A stretch of DNA of 64,000 nucleotides from Podarcis liolepis (taxonomy: Eukaryota): NCBI GenBank assembly GCA_965112155.1, contig OZ218103.1, one strand, 5' to 3'. The translations under genes were made by a program, and so were the position numbers. The notes under the pieces were generated by a model. The model searched no databases, was not told the origin of the DNA, and saw only the letters and a list, made by a program, of their open reading frames with translations. Below, in pieces: positions 51,331 through 64,000 of this stretch; position 1 is the first letter of the stretch; every line of letters starts with the position of its first letter.

Positions 51331-51437
51331 AAGAAGACGTGGAAAATTTTGATGTAACAAACCTGTCTCAGGATGTGATGCGGAGCATTGAAGCAGACAG
51401 CTTTTGGTGTATGAGCAAACTGCTAGATGGGATACAG
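51331..51437 (+). CDS. TBC1D22B: TBC1D22B coding exon 9
   Basis: EDVENFDVTNLSQDVMRSIEADSFWCMSKLLDGIQ; 107 nt. Confidence 0.95.
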
Positions 51438-52577
51438 GTAAGGAGTTTCCTCTTATGCACCACTTATTTTGCCTCTCTGCATCTCTCTATACTTTTGATA
51501 ACTCCGTCTTTGCATTCCCTATCATCTTAGTACTAATCATCCCGATCATGTTTCCTTCTCCCTCACTTCAGGAGGAGCATCCAAACATTACTTTTACCTT
51601 TGTATAGTAAGCTAGTTTCTATACACACTCACACAACTCCCCATCCTCCATCCAGGGAAGCAACAAGTATTATTGCTTAGGGATGATTAGGGATGCATCC
51701 AGGCCAGACAAAAACACTCAAAGAGGGTCCGCCATAGGGCCAGTGAGGGGTGTGGTCTAGGGAGAACCTCAAGGGCCTCATAGAGGTCTGAAGGGCCATA
51801 TTTGAGCCCTGGCCCCGAGATTCCCCGTCCCTGTTTTAAACCTTCCTTCCTCAGCCTACTTCTCAGTAGTGCCCAAGACACCTTCCTTTATTTCTCCTTT
51901 ATTTTCATTGAGGATCCCCCCTTCCCAGTAAGCTTCAAGCTAAAGGCTCCTGCTTCCTTTTCCTATTTATGCATTCATCCAAATGAAATTTTGCTCTGTG
52001 AGCTCTGCGTCGTTTTCCTCAAGCTCTCACAAACGTTGGCATAGATTTCCTCCATATGATTGGGCACATTTCCACCTCAAAATGGCTTTTTCTGAAGCTG
52101 TAATGGTTCCCTTTCTTTGTAGATCTAGAGGTCGCTTGCCAACAGAAAAGAGCTTCCTCACTTTCTGATGAGGAATGGAGCTTTCCAGGCAGACTTGCCC
52201 CCAAACCAAATCAGCCTTGCCTCTCTCATTCTCCTTGCTTTTATCTTGCTGTATTACTTCAACAAACTCCTGAGAAAATGGGTTTGTTACTGGAGAGAAA
52301 AATGGTTGTCACTGCCCTCCCCATTCTTTTATTTTTCCTCCTTCAGGAACCACTGCTACCATCCAAATGGTTCTTTCACCCTGCAGGAGATTTATAGCAC
52401 CTGTGTTTCCTAGCTGAGGAAAAGTTGCATGTCTTAAGGTCCCAGGTTCCACCTCTTGGCATTTCTTGTTGCCCTCAGAAGGCATTTCCACCGTGTACGA
52501 CACTGGGCTAAGAGAAACAATGGCGCATGTATCTGCTGGACTTGCTCCTCTTAAACTCACCATGTGTTTTGCTGCAG

Positions 52578-52653
52578 GACAATTACACGTTTGCACAGCC
52601 GGGGATCCAAAAGAAAGTCAAAGCACTGGAGGAACTTGTCAGCCGTATCGATG
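52578..52653 (+). CDS. TBC1D22B: TBC1D22B coding exon 10
   Basis: DNYTFAQPGIQKKVKALEELVSRID; 76 nt. Confidence 0.95.
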
Positions 52654-53136
52654 GTAGGTGAAATTCAAGCTACCAGAGGGGAAGTCGAACTTGCCAAGTT
52701 CTTAATTGTTCACATCTCCAACCGAGTTGCAACGATTGTGGGCTCACCTCGGCGTTGAGGGTGGAATGCACGAAGCGGAAAGCAGGCTTCTGGAAGCTTC
52801 TCTAGCCTGGGGGCAGTGCTAGGTGGTAGTCAGACCAGGGGGTCAAATCTGTTAGCTTGATGCCATTAAGGGATGTTGGAAATGGGACACTGCTGGGGAA
52901 AGGGGGTGGGTGAGAGGCCATGAGCCGAGAGGCACACAAGAGAATATGTGATTCATCAGAAGAAGGGGGCTGAAGCATCTGAACGGTGCCTGTGGGAGGC
53001 ATTTGGCGTGGGCTTGTTATGTGGGAGGGATTTGGTTGGATGGAACAGAGACTGTGGCTGAAAGTGGAGCTTCCTGAGACGCAGCCTATGAGCCACACTC
53101 CATATTCAGCCGTGTAAATGGCATGTGCTGTTTCAG

Positions 53137-53264
53137 AGCAGGTACACAATCACTTTAGGAAGTATGAAGTGGAATACCTGCAGTTCGCCTTCCGCTGGAT
53201 GAACAACTTACTGATGCGGGAGCTTCCTCTTCGCTGCACCATCCGCCTTTGGGACACTTACCAG
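53137..53264 (+). CDS. TBC1D22B: TBC1D22B coding exon 11
   Basis: QVHNHFRKYEVEYLQFAFRWMNNLLMRELPLRCTIRLWDTYQ; 128 nt. Confidence 0.96.
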
Positions 53265-53516
53265 GTACGGGTGGGTTGGCTTGTTTACTGTCCAGCCTTG
53301 TGATTGGAGAATGGTGCTCAGTAGGGATTCTCCCAGAAAAAGTTATACGGGAGCAGGCACTACAAACCAGCTTTTGCGTGGCAGCATACTCATGTGAAGA
53401 CATAAAAGAGTTCTGTCACATCCATACAGCCCCATAAAACTGAGGAGAAGCCGTGATAAAAATAAATAAACCCATGCTAATTCCATTCTTTTTAACCCCA
53501 AGTGTCTTTTTTCCAG

Positions 53517-53612
53517 TCTGAGCCAGAGGGATTCTCTCATTTCCATTTATATGTCTGCGCTGCATTCTTGATTAAGTGGCGGAAAGAGATCTTGGATGAA
53601 GAGGACTTCCAG
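53517..53612 (+). CDS. TBC1D22B: TBC1D22B coding exon 12
   Basis: SEPEGFSHFHLYVCAAFLIKWRKEILDEEDFQ; 96 nt. Confidence 0.96.
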
Positions 53613-54137
53613 GTAAATCTTCAGAAGGCAGCTACATTTGGGAAAGGATGCCGCATAATTATCCTGCTTGAGGATGTATCTGTCTAGAGTAAGGCAACAG
53701 ATGGCAGCATGAGCAACAATATCTCTGGCATGTGATTAGGGGCATGAAATTCCCCAATCCAGAGATCCAGGCTTTTTTAAAAAAATGCTTTCCCTGACTG
53801 GGGGATCTAGTAAACTTAGTGCGTCACCTGTTAGAGGAAGACCCAAGTATTCTGTGTTTGGATATTTGAAATATACTACATTCTCCCTTGTCTGTTGTCA
53901 AAATCACCACTTTTTCTTTCCCCCTAAAGTGAAAATCAGTAAATCAGTAGCTGTAATTCATGTTTAATTGAAACAAGACTGCACAGATATAGGTTTCTGC
54001 CATAGCTGTAGAGATCTCAACACGTGAAACCACAACAGAACAAAAAGGGCTTTTGCTTTTTAAAAAAAACAAACACAAAAAACCAAGAGCCACATCTTGC
54101 TTCTCTCTGGGTACCCAAGTTTCTGTCTTAATTTCAG

Positions 54138-54266
54138 GGCCTTCTAATGTTGCTACAAAACCTTCCCACAATACACTGGGGCAACGAAGAGATTGGACTC
54201 CTCCTCGCCGAAGCCTACAGACTCAAGTACATGTTTGCAGATGCGCCCAATCACTACCGCCGATAG
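54138..54266 (+). CDS. TBC1D22B: TBC1D22B coding exon 13 (to TAG stop)
   Basis: GLLMLLQNLPTIHWGNEEIGLLLAEAYRLKYMFADAPNHYRR*; exon total 1512 nt = 503 aa. Confidence 0.96.
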   Translation, partial: GLLMLLQNLPTIHWGNEEIGLLLAEAYRLKYMFADAPNHYRR

Positions 54267-54943
54267 GGGCCAGGGATCCGCCTCTGCTCCCCATCATGCT
54301 GGCCCGATCCCAGTCACTGTGGCATTGCATCACCCGAGTCCTCGGAGCCACTGACAAGGAGCCGCTCTGCTGTAAAAAGCTCACATTGGACCTCTGTCTT
54401 AACTTTTGCGTGTGCCTGCCTACCACTCTGTGCGTGGATGTGCCACTCAAACTACCATTTGTGTCCTGTGCTGTGACGGTGACCTGAGCCCAGGGTGCAG
54501 GGTGGGCGGGCAGGGGCTGTAAGAATAAACTGAGCCTCTGACTGCCTTTCCAAGCTCCAGCGTGGGTCATCTAAGCCTTGCAGCCTCTTGTTAACCCGCC
54601 TAAGCACAGACACACTCACACACTCCCAGCTGGGCCTGTGTTCTTCTTCTCCTTCTTCAGATGCTGTTCAATCAAAGTCCCCAATGAAGATGCCTTACAA
54701 AGAGTCCTGCCCAGGGGATGGCAGTGCCGTTGGACACAAGAAGCTCTCAGGGCTTAGCTTCACTCCACATGTCTGAAGAAGTGCACCATTTCAAAAGGTT
54801 AACAAGAGACACACACACACACTCTCGCGTAACACTCCACTCCTGCGCAATCGCGCCCCTCTGCATACGGGGGCTCGTATGTGTTCCAAGGCTGTCTTGT
54901 CCACGCACAGTTGGGAATGACACAAGTGATAGGACGCCTCCTG

Positions 54944-55003
54944 TGATTGACTTGATTGATTGACTTGATTGATTGATTGATTGATTGATTGATAGACTGA
55001 CTG
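54944..55003. repeat. (GATT)n/(GACT)n microsatellite downstream of the TBC1D22B stop
   Basis: read directly. Confidence 0.9.
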
Positions 55004-56450
55004 ATCTACTGTGTGTGTTGAACCGGAGGGCGTCAGGGTGGGGGAGCTGTGCTTCGAAAAGGAAATCCTTTCTGTGACAATGACATTCCTCCAAGGCATT
55101 ATGTGTATATTGTGTTCTTGTGTATATGGGTAAAAGATGTACAATATAAGTCTTCTGTTTGTAGCAGATATGATTTTATATTTATAACGTGCGCCCCAAG
55201 CGTATAAAGGCTGCCTAGGTTGCAAATAACAGTGGGCCTGCTGCGTCCCCCGGTCACCAGGGTGTCAGAGCTGTCGGCACATCTGCACTAGCTCATTTCC
55301 ACCCCCAACCCCCGATATAAGCATTTTGTTTCTGTCCAGAAAACTTGACTCCAAAGCGAAGCAGCATTGCACGACCTCCAGGGCCAAGGAAGTGAAGGGT
55401 TTGAAGAGAGAGGCACATTCTGCTGGAACAGGCACCTTGGACCAGGTGGAAGTTGACCTGAAAGGCACCCACCTTACCCCCTCCACACTCCAGCATGCCC
55501 TTATAACAAGCATGGCAGCCCTCTGCTCTCAAGTAGTGCAGCAGCAGCAGCAGCGGAGACCAGTCTTGTACATTTCTGTAGCAAGTCTCCCATGCACATT
55601 GCTGTAGCGAGGAAAAGGGTCCTCGCCAGCACCTCCTGGCTTTCCTTCTTCCAGCCCTAGCGAAACTCTAGTCCTTTGCTTGAGCAGCGGGGAAGACAGA
55701 TGGGCATCTTGCTGCAAGGCTTCCGAACTGTTCAGAGGAGGTAGGAGATGGCTTCTCTCCTAAGCTCCCTTCCTCTATCTCTCCCCCACCATTGTCTCAA
55801 TGTGATTTTCATTGGGGAAATGGAGAATGTTTTTCATTTTAACCGTTTCTTCCAGCCAGCAGGCGCAGCCTCGTTAGTGCCAAGCCTTGACCTCTCGGGG
55901 CAGATCTGCTCCCTTAGGCTGAGGTCCTCTCCTTGTGTTGGGCCAACCTTTGCTGTTCTTCTCATCAGGCTTCAGACTGCGCCCACCTCTGTTTGTTTTG
56001 TTTTGTTTTTTCCTCCTGGGGCCGAGAAAGAGAAGCCGTCCAGTGAAGGCACCAGAAGGCATGAGAAGGGTGAGGGCCTTTCCACCATTCAAACCCCCAG
56101 CAGTGTCTCTCATGTTGCTTCCCTAACCTGGAATTGTTTTCTCAGGCATTCTGATTTGATTTTTTTTCTTTTGTGTGTGTGCCTTTTGTTGTTTCCTCCG
56201 AGACAGCGACCTGGTGGTCATTAGTTTAACATGACTAATTAAAAGAGAAAACCATCCCTTGTTGCTGATCTTTATTCTTGGTGGGTTTGTGGCTGAGGAG
56301 CGATGAGGCTTTTGAGGACCTCCTCGCATTCCTGAATCAATCTCCCATTGCTTTCCTCTTTCTTTTTGAGAGGTTCCAGTCTAATTCTGCCCTTTCTCCT
56401 GAAGCAGGAATACCCCAATTTATGATGCTTAGTTCTGTCACCTTTTAGAA

Positions 56451-56774
56451 CATGGGTAGGCAAACTAAGATCTGGGGGCCGGATCCAGCCCAGTCGCCTT
56501 CTAAATCCAGCCTGTGGACGGTCCGGGAGTCAGCATGTTTTTACATGAGTAGAATGTGTCCTTTTATTTAAAATGCATCTCTGGGTTATTTGTGGGGCCT
56601 GCTGGGTGTTTTTACGTGAGTAGAATGTGTGCTTTTATTTAAAATGCATCTCTGGGTTATTTGTGGGGCATAGGAATTCATTCATCCCCCCCCCCTCAAA
56701 ATATAGACCAGCCCCACCACAACGTCTGAGGTACAGTGGACCGGCCCCCTGCTGAAAAAGTTTGCTGACCCCTG
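56451..56774. mobile_element. Non-autonomous hAT (Charlie-like) element with 8-bp TSD and internal ~70-bp duplication
   Basis: TIRs CATGGGTAGGCAAACT / AGTTTGCTGACCCCTG; TTTTAGAA at 56443-56450 and 56775-56782. Confidence 0.9.
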
Positions 56775-57660
56775 TTTTAGAATTACCACTTTGAGCTCAT
56801 ATTCTGGGCACTCCAAAAGCACAGTCTGGATGTGGGACATAATTAGGGAGAGAATTGCGAGGAGAGTAGAAATTCAAATTGTCTTCCCTCACGGGTGTCT
56901 TGCCAGGGCAATTTACATGCGAGGATAGCATCTTTTGGGGCCAGAGGGAAGTCTGGTTTCTCTGTCTTTGCATTAGGTCAGCATAAATTATGCCAATGAG
57001 GTGGCTGTGTTGCAAAGAAGTACTCAGTATAGCTTGGGGGTTTCCAAGGTGTTATCTGACACCTCCCTGAGCCAGTCGGCTTGGTCTTCTCAAGTGATCC
57101 TGGACCACAGCCTAGTTTCAATAATGTTGCAGCAGCAAAAGGCCAACTGGCTCCTCAGGCAGGTCTGAGACGTTAATGCAGCACGTAAAAGTGTTCTTAC
57201 TTAAAGACAGTTCTGGGGCACTGGCGGCCTGACTGTGGCCTCATTCAGTAGGGTCTCCAAAGGGCATCTGATGGGAAGGATGAACCCACTGATGGGTTGC
57301 CTCTTTAGCATAGCAGTTGGTAATGGTTCATTTCACCGTGGATTTCCTTGCTCAGAATAGCAGTTCCCATTGATCTCATTTGTTGTCAGAGATGACACAA
57401 AGTATGATTCAGCCAAACAAGAAATCTAAACATCCTTGAACAGATGAACCAGGCAAGTCATTGTTACACTGTGGCAAACCCTTCTGATTTATCACCGTTT
57501 AAAAGCCAAAAAGGCATTAGTTTCCTCCTTTGCCCAAGAGGTCTATTCCGATGAGTTCACAGCTAGAATTGGCCATCCTTCCATTTTTCATGTGTGCTGG
57601 GGCCGGGCACAGCAGGTCACTCAAACTTTCTCTCCCCCACCCTAAGTTAATTACTATTAA

Positions 57661-57666
57661 AATAAA
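57661..57666 (+). terminator. Candidate distal TBC1D22B polyadenylation signal (proximal AATAAA at 54524-54529)
   Basis: ATTAA immediately followed by AATAAA; no transcript evidence available. Confidence 0.4.
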
Positions 57667-59499
57667 AAGTTCAGTGGAGTGGAACAAACATAATTACTTT
57701 TTGGGAGCCTAATTATCTGCATTTATTGCCAGTGCTTTGTTGTAATTGATTGCTAATGGTCTGCTTCACTCTGGAATTATCTAATTAATACCCCCACAGA
57801 AAAAATCAGGCTCCACTTTGAAATGGCTCTCCCCGCCCCCCAGCAGCCCTGATTGCAATTGTCGCTGGTCGGGTGCCTCTGTTGGGATCTTTTTGTGTAT
57901 ACCTGGATGTTTCCTTGGAGTGTTCTGAGTTTGCAGGCTTGATTGCCTTGCCAGCCTAATGGTGGTGTGTTCTATTTTCTCCTGCAAAGCAGATCCTTCT
58001 CACTTTCAACCCATTTCATTCCATATCTGTGTCATCTGTCTGCTCTTATCTTTGGTCTCACAAATTGCATTGTCTGGCGATGGTTGCCTACTCTCCTCTT
58101 TTAGCCTATTACTGTTTTGTTCCATCTTTAAGGTTGGTCTTCCCAAGCATTCAGTTTTGCTGTTCGAAGAGAAAGGAATTAGGTAAGATTGTGCGCTGCT
58201 GTTCACCTACTGAATTTCACCTAATCTGTGACCCTCCCCCAGGCACTACCAGGTCTGCCAGCTATGGGTAGTTCACATGTTTATGTATATAACTTGATTC
58301 TTCATCACTCAATGTGCAGCTGAATCCGTGAGCTGACACCATTGTGTTTGAGCAATGATGTGAATCTGGTTGGCAACATCTGTGCTCATACATCTTTTCA
58401 AGCTTCCACTTGATGCTGCAATTGTCAAGTGTTGGTCATGCATGTGGGGGAAAGGGCCCACTGGATGCTGAGAAATCCCTTGCTCCTGAGTAGCAAACCA
58501 TTTAATCTGAAAAATGTGTGGGTGCTTTCTGTCCCTTTTGTCTTACTACAGAGACAGCTATTCTGGGAAATAACTAAGAGGTTGCTTTCCCTCCAGAATA
58601 ATCTTTTTCACATTGAGCCTAGAAAGGAACACTCTGTAACTTGGAGGAGAACACTGTGTAACTCGAAAACTTGCTCACCTCATTGTGAACTCTGGTTGAT
58701 CCTAAAAAATATATAGAACTTTCATTAGGAGTGTTCCATCTAAACACCCATCACACACTGAGGCAGAGTTGAGTCTCCCCTGACTGCCATCTGTCCCCCA
58801 TCAGCTGTACATTTGATGAGTGTGAGATGGGACCCTAATAAGGTATGCACATAGAGCTATTTAGAGAGAAAATGGAAGACCAGTCAAATCATGTTCTTTT
58901 AATCTCATAACTGATTAGCTGTCTGCCACTGCTTTCCTTTGGCATAGCGGAGCTCATTTTATAAAGAAAGGATTATTTGTACAAGGCCAGTGTCAGATAA
59001 AGAGGAAGTGAGATGAATGCTTTAGAGAGAACAATGTAATATTAATTGTTTATTTGAGAGAGTCAAAGTAGGAGCAAAGACACAGTGACAATTTAAATTG
59101 AGTCGCTTCAGAGGAAAGAAGCACAAAGTGGGTTAAGTGTTACTAGGAAAGATCATCATAGCTGATGACATTAGTTGTGGGTTTGACAACTCCGTATAGA
59201 GAAGAAAAGGGATTGTACCATGTAGCAGAATCGTGAGCTGAGCTGCGTAGACTGGCCAAGGGCCTGTGGTCTAACACCTAATTTATCATGTTCCTATGTG
59301 GTATGCCCAAGAATGAGTTGGCCATTTCTCAAGGATCACCTCACTTAATGCCTCAGGTAATGTAAGCAGATCTGGGGCTAATTCGTGTGATGTGAATAAT
59401 GTATGGCGAATACAAGTTGAGTAGATTTTTTGTAGAGTTCAGCAGTTGGTATTTGCTTCAGTACAGAGATCTACACCTAGATCAATACTCAGCCCATGT

Positions 59500-59907
59500 T
59501 TGTCTGGAAGCCGTGCCTTATGAGGAACAGTTGATGGAATTGCGTATGTTTAGCCTGGAGAAGAGGAGACTGAGAGGAGATATGATAGCCATCTTCAAAT
59601 ATCTCAAGGGCTGTCACATAGAAGATGGAGCAAGCTTGTTTTCTCCTGCTCCAGAGGGGAGCACCCGAACCACTGATTTCAAGTTATTGGTTCTGACTAA
59701 ACATCACAAAGAACTTTCTGGTGGTAATAGCTGATTGACAGTGGAACAGACTCCCTTGAAAGTTGGTGGATTCTCCTTTCTTGGGGATTTTTAAGAACAG
59801 GTTGGATGGCCATCTGTCATGTATGATCTAGTTGGGATCCCCATATTGCAGAGGGTTGGAGTGGATGACCCTTGGGGTCCTTTACAACTCTACAATTCTG
59901 TGATTCT
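59500..59907 (+). mobile_element. CR1 LINE 3' fragment
   Basis: PYEEQLMELRMFSLEKRRLRGDMIAIFKYLKGCH; same family as 7977-8303; ATTCTGTGATTCT tail. Confidence 0.9.
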
Positions 59908-60560
59908 CTCTCGTTCTCTCCCCCCCCCCCCCGCAAAAAAAGTATTATGGGAGTGCAACGGAGTAGTCTCCACCTTACAACATGTTCATATTTCTCCTGA
60001 AGGACACAGTGAGGTACAAAACACATGGTGATCTTTTTGTTTTATATAATACTTATTTGTGAGTTTGTGGGGTCACACGGAAAGTGCTGAACAATGTACC
60101 ATGTTGCAAGAAGCCTCCAAGTGATGGTAGCCCCCTAGCAGTTGAGTCTTTGGGTGACGGTAGCAGCTACCAGTTCTGACAACTGCTGGAGGTACCTGCA
60201 GAAAACTTCCTCCAAAGCCATTTTCATGTCCCATTCTCACAAAATGCAGAAAAGGTGGTGAACCTCTGCTTGGACTGTAGAATTTCAGATTGCAAATGGG
60301 GCAATGCAACTCCATGGGGGGGCAGGACATCATAGAAAGCTAGCGTGACAAGGAGAAGGCTCCACTATATCCATGGCTATAACCCCATGGTGGGTTAAAA
60401 CCGTTGGAGGGGCAATTTGCAGTGGGGAGTTGGAAAGGGAGTAAGGTCCCCTGTCCTTTTACTCCTTCACTCTGAATTCTCCCAAAGCAGCTTCAATGGC
60501 ATTAGGGCTCTCCTACACATAACTGCTTGTAATATGCAGTTATTCCCCTTAGGCTCCTGT

Positions 60561-60730
60561 TGATGCAGCGGTTAGAATGTTAGGATCTGGGAGACCAGGG
60601 TTCGAATCCCCACTTGGGCCAGTCACTGCCTCTCAGCCTAACCTACCTCTCAGGGTTGTTGGGATTAAATGAGGAGCTCATTGGAGTAAAGGGTGGGATC
60701 GAAATGCAATAAATAAATGCAATAAATAAA
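60561..60730 (+). mobile_element. Internally deleted Squam3-like SINE
   Basis: GGGTTCGAATCCCC B-box, CTCAGCCTAACCTACCTC core, AATAAATAAA tail. Confidence 0.65.
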
Positions 60731-61704
60731 TCAGCCCAGGGTTTAACAATCACACAGCCACTTCAGTATATTTTTTGTGAACAACAACAACTCAGCCTCT
60801 ATCGATCTAGTTTTGTGCATTAGCTGCCATTCTGCTTATTGCCAAGAAGAAAAACCTGGAGGCCGCTAGGAGATGGAACAAATTCTCCCCACTAAATTAT
60901 TTCCCCTACTCACTGCTCCCCAAAACAGTTGTCAATGGATGAAACATAGCCAGTAATGGAAATTTTATTGCCATCACATTGGGATTGCATAGCCATTGAT
61001 TCTCATTGAGAAAAACATGATGCAATGCATGGTATAAAACAAAATAAAAATCTAATAAGGCAGTTTAAATCCTGTTGAAATGAACAAAATAAGGCAGAAA
61101 AGAAAGCAAATCTGCATTACCCTTCAGCTTAATGTAGCCCAAGTAGCACTCTCATTCCAGCTAATGAGACTTGATAGGATGTCATATGTATCCAACTTTA
61201 TTTTTAATCTCCATTGCCCAGGGAGAAAAACTCACTGTCCTATTTGCTTGCTGTCAGGCAATGGTCCAGGCTTTGAGTGCTCTCTGTCTTTGGCCCACAG
61301 GGGGCAGACTTAAGAAGACAGGTTGGTCCTGAGCTTGAGAAATGAGGGGAAACCTTATACTGTATATCCATTCTCCAAATATGGATCTGTATGTAACCAA
61401 AAACAGAACTATCAATGCACAAGAGAAAGCTATGGGCAGGGCTGGAGGTTCTCCCAACCTTGCAAAAGAACAGTACTGTAAATCTTTAGACAATAAAACC
61501 TTAAAGGAGAGCAACTCTCCAGAATTGCCCAATAAGGTCAGCACGGTCAGTGACCACTGCTGGTTGCCTGTTGGAGGGGTGGGGTAACAGAAGAATGAGG
61601 CAGAGGAGAAATGGAGTTTCCTGGAAGATGCCATGGCTAGTTGGCTGGAACCTGGAACAGGGGCACTCCATACCGCAACATTTTGTTGTAGCTGCCTCTT
61701 GTTG

Positions 61705-61830
61705 CAGCCTGCCTCCAAGAAGCTCAGGGTCATGTGCCTAGTCCTCCCCTCTGCCTTTATTTTCAGTATAACCCTGTGAGGTAGGTTAGGCTGACAGTGA
61801 ACGGTCCACCCAGTGAGTTTCATGGCTGGT
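61705..61830 (-). mobile_element. Squam3-like SINE fragment
   Basis: AACCCTGTGAGGTAGGTTAGGCTGA...CCCAGTGAGTTTCATGGC is the reverse complement of the SINE core seen at ~51100-51170. Confidence 0.6.
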
Positions 61831-62934
61831 ATCGCAATCCAGCACCAACAGGGCATTTCGTGCCTTTCCCCTCAGCTCCGCCAGCTAAGCCAGACTCCAG
61901 AAAAAAAGTCCTTGCTGTAAATTCATGGAAGATAAAAGGCTACCAGCCATGATGGCTGTTCTCTGCCTCCACAGTCAGAGGCAGTCTGTTTCTGAGAGCC
62001 AGTTGCTGGACACTGCAGGAGGGGACAACACTCTTGTGCTCACATCCTTCTTACAGGTTCTCCACAGGTATCTGGTTGGCCATGGTGACAACAGGAAGCT
62101 GGACTGGATGGGCCATTGGCTCTCTTACAAAACCAGGTATTCGGGTGGAGGTGCCAAACCAGCCCAGTATCTGCTGGATCTTGAGCTGGTTTTGTTGCCG
62201 TCACCTGCCGTTTACCAGCAATCGGGCCAGTCATCCTCTTCCACCCCACCTCCTGCTGCTGCTGCTGCCATGGAAGGTTGGTCTGTGGATGTGGCTTGCT
62301 AGCTGGGAGTGGTGCTTTAGAGATGGCGCCCTAAGTAGACTTTGAACTCTGGTCTTCCGAGACCATCGCTGTAAACATGTACTGGCTCTGTTGCTTGGCT
62401 TCTCTGTGATCTTGTTATAAACTGCATTCTAACAGCGGGTTTTTCTTTTTCCTTTTAACCGTCATCCGACAAAGGAATTTTATATTCAAAAGCAAGAGAC
62501 ATCAAAGCGACTTACAGGGGCCAGGAAGGCCATCCACGGACAGATCGATGGGCATTTATCCTGAATGCTGGCTCTGAGATGCTTCTTTGTTCCTCACCAG
62601 TTGGTGTCTCATTGGTTTCCTGCTGCTATGCATTGCTTGTGCTGCTGAACCTGGCTAAAATGCCTGTTTGTCAGCTTCCAGATGACCTGTTTATTGAACA
62701 CCCATCCTGATTTGGTTCACACAAAGCCTGTCCAGAGGTTACGTGACATCTGTTGTTTACTGGGCATGCATCCTGATTTGTTGGTGTGGTGGCTATATGA
62801 TCCTGAACTTTTTAGAGCATTTGCCTGCCATTTTCCTTACCACACAAACTCCCTAAAAAATTAAAAGGTCAACTTGTTGTGCCCAAATACTTTAATATAC
62901 ATGAATTTTCCGGTATGTGATGGCAGACCCACCA

Positions 62935-63061
62935 AGCGTCTCTATATTCGAGGGTCAGTCCCAGATTTACAGAAGCCATCCTGGTTTCTGATTTGATCCC
63001 AGAATGTCCCATTTTTCCTTAGGACGCCCCTATTTTCTGCAGAGAAATGTTGGAGGGTATG
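62935..63061. mobile_element. Probable MITE fragment
   Basis: terminus GAGAAATGTTGGAGGGTATG and GTCCC subrepeats resemble a lizard non-autonomous DNA element (from memory). Confidence 0.35.
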
Positions 63062-64000
63062 CTGGGCTAAACAGACCTGTGGCCTCATCCACCAGGACTC
63101 TTCTTTGGCTCTTACAATCTGCACGTAGGTAGGTTCTGTGCTGTTTTCTACATGGGAGTGTTTTGCGTGCAGGAAATCCATATTTTGAGAGGGAAGGGAA
63201 TCCCTCAGGGAAACTGGCATTATCCTGAGCCAGCCCTGCCACCTACCCAGGTGTCATCACAGGACAAACGAGCACTTCAGGGCAGAATGAGACATTCGGC
63301 AGAAGGTTACTCCGATCAAATCAGAAGTAAATAAGCACAAGGGGACCCAGGGTGAGCCTGCTCATACTATATCAAACACTTGTCTTCAGACCGCTGCAGA
63401 ACACAGGATCAGAGCCCACTTACATGGCACCAGAAGTCATAATAGCCTTGAAATTCCCTGCTGTGTAAGCTAATGCTCATCTTCCAGGCCCGAAGATGGC
63501 AGGTGCCCACCCGTTTCATTCTCCATTCCCATAGCATCACTTCTTTTGCCATTTCGGCCCGCGTCTTCCCTGCCTGCACTTAGTCAAGCAGGCTTGATAT
63601 CTTCTGACATGCTAAAAATGTCAGCCTTGCTCTCTATTAAAGGTCAGATCCTGATGGGTGGGTTTCCAAATGCCATCCCTTCTATCCGGCACCCTCCCAG
63701 GATGATGCTGGCATCTACCTGATGTTTCCATGGCGGGGGGGGGGGGGCTGCGTAAATGCCTTGGACCCTCACAGGGTCATCAGGGCCTTAGTGGGTTGGC
63801 TGAGAGTGCCTGATCTCACTCTTGACAGAGCACAGCAGGGAGGACCATATTCTGTCTGCTCAGCAAACTGCTGGCCATCTTCACGCTCTTCCCTCCCTGA
63901 AGGCTCCTGCTACAATTTCAGCGGGCTTCAGTGGACAGCTCAGTCTTGGCTTGTAGCCACTGCCAAGGGCTTCACACCCAACTTATGTCTGCCTCCCATG

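Noticed and set aside
60561-60620. tRNA-like B-box GGTTCGAATCCC as a tRNA gene
   Set aside because: Runs into a SINE core and A-rich tail; no cloverleaf.
61254-62345. 200-aa and 125-aa ORFs near the window end as start of the next gene (RNF8 expected by synteny)
   Set aside because: Partly made of SINE/CR1-UTR fragments; no FHA/RING-like sequence or CpG island seen.

Overview
Vertebrate (squamate, most likely lacertid lizard judging from its Sauria/Squam-type SINEs) genomic DNA carrying the syntenic block PIM1 - TMEM217 - TBC1D22B. PIM1 (+, 6 coding exons, 642-4132, 942 nt = 313 aa) sits in a CpG island; a TMEM217-family gene (-, one coding exon, 12771-13343, 190 aa) converges on it and lies head-to-head with TBC1D22B (+, 13 coding exons, 18293-54266, 1512 nt = 503 aa; 18-kb intron 8). 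All exons were placed by eye from GT-AG sites and phase continuity. The rest is intronic/intergenic DNA with CR1, L2 and Penelope-like fragments, SINEs and hAT/Tc1-mariner MITEs. Best leads: an in-frame strong-context CUG giving a PIM-1L-like, PxxP-containing N-terminal extension; a recognisable PIM1 3'UTR regulatory cluster; a probable LTR+PPT remnant upstream of the TMEM217 coding exon; tandem PKA-type sites in the TMEM217 tail; two MITEs with the same ends but different cores; two hAT MITEs stacked in one SINE A-box; a Penelope-like foldback with a 12-bp TSD. I found no convincing wholly new protein-coding system. Repeat-family names and human comparisons are from memory and need database confirmation.
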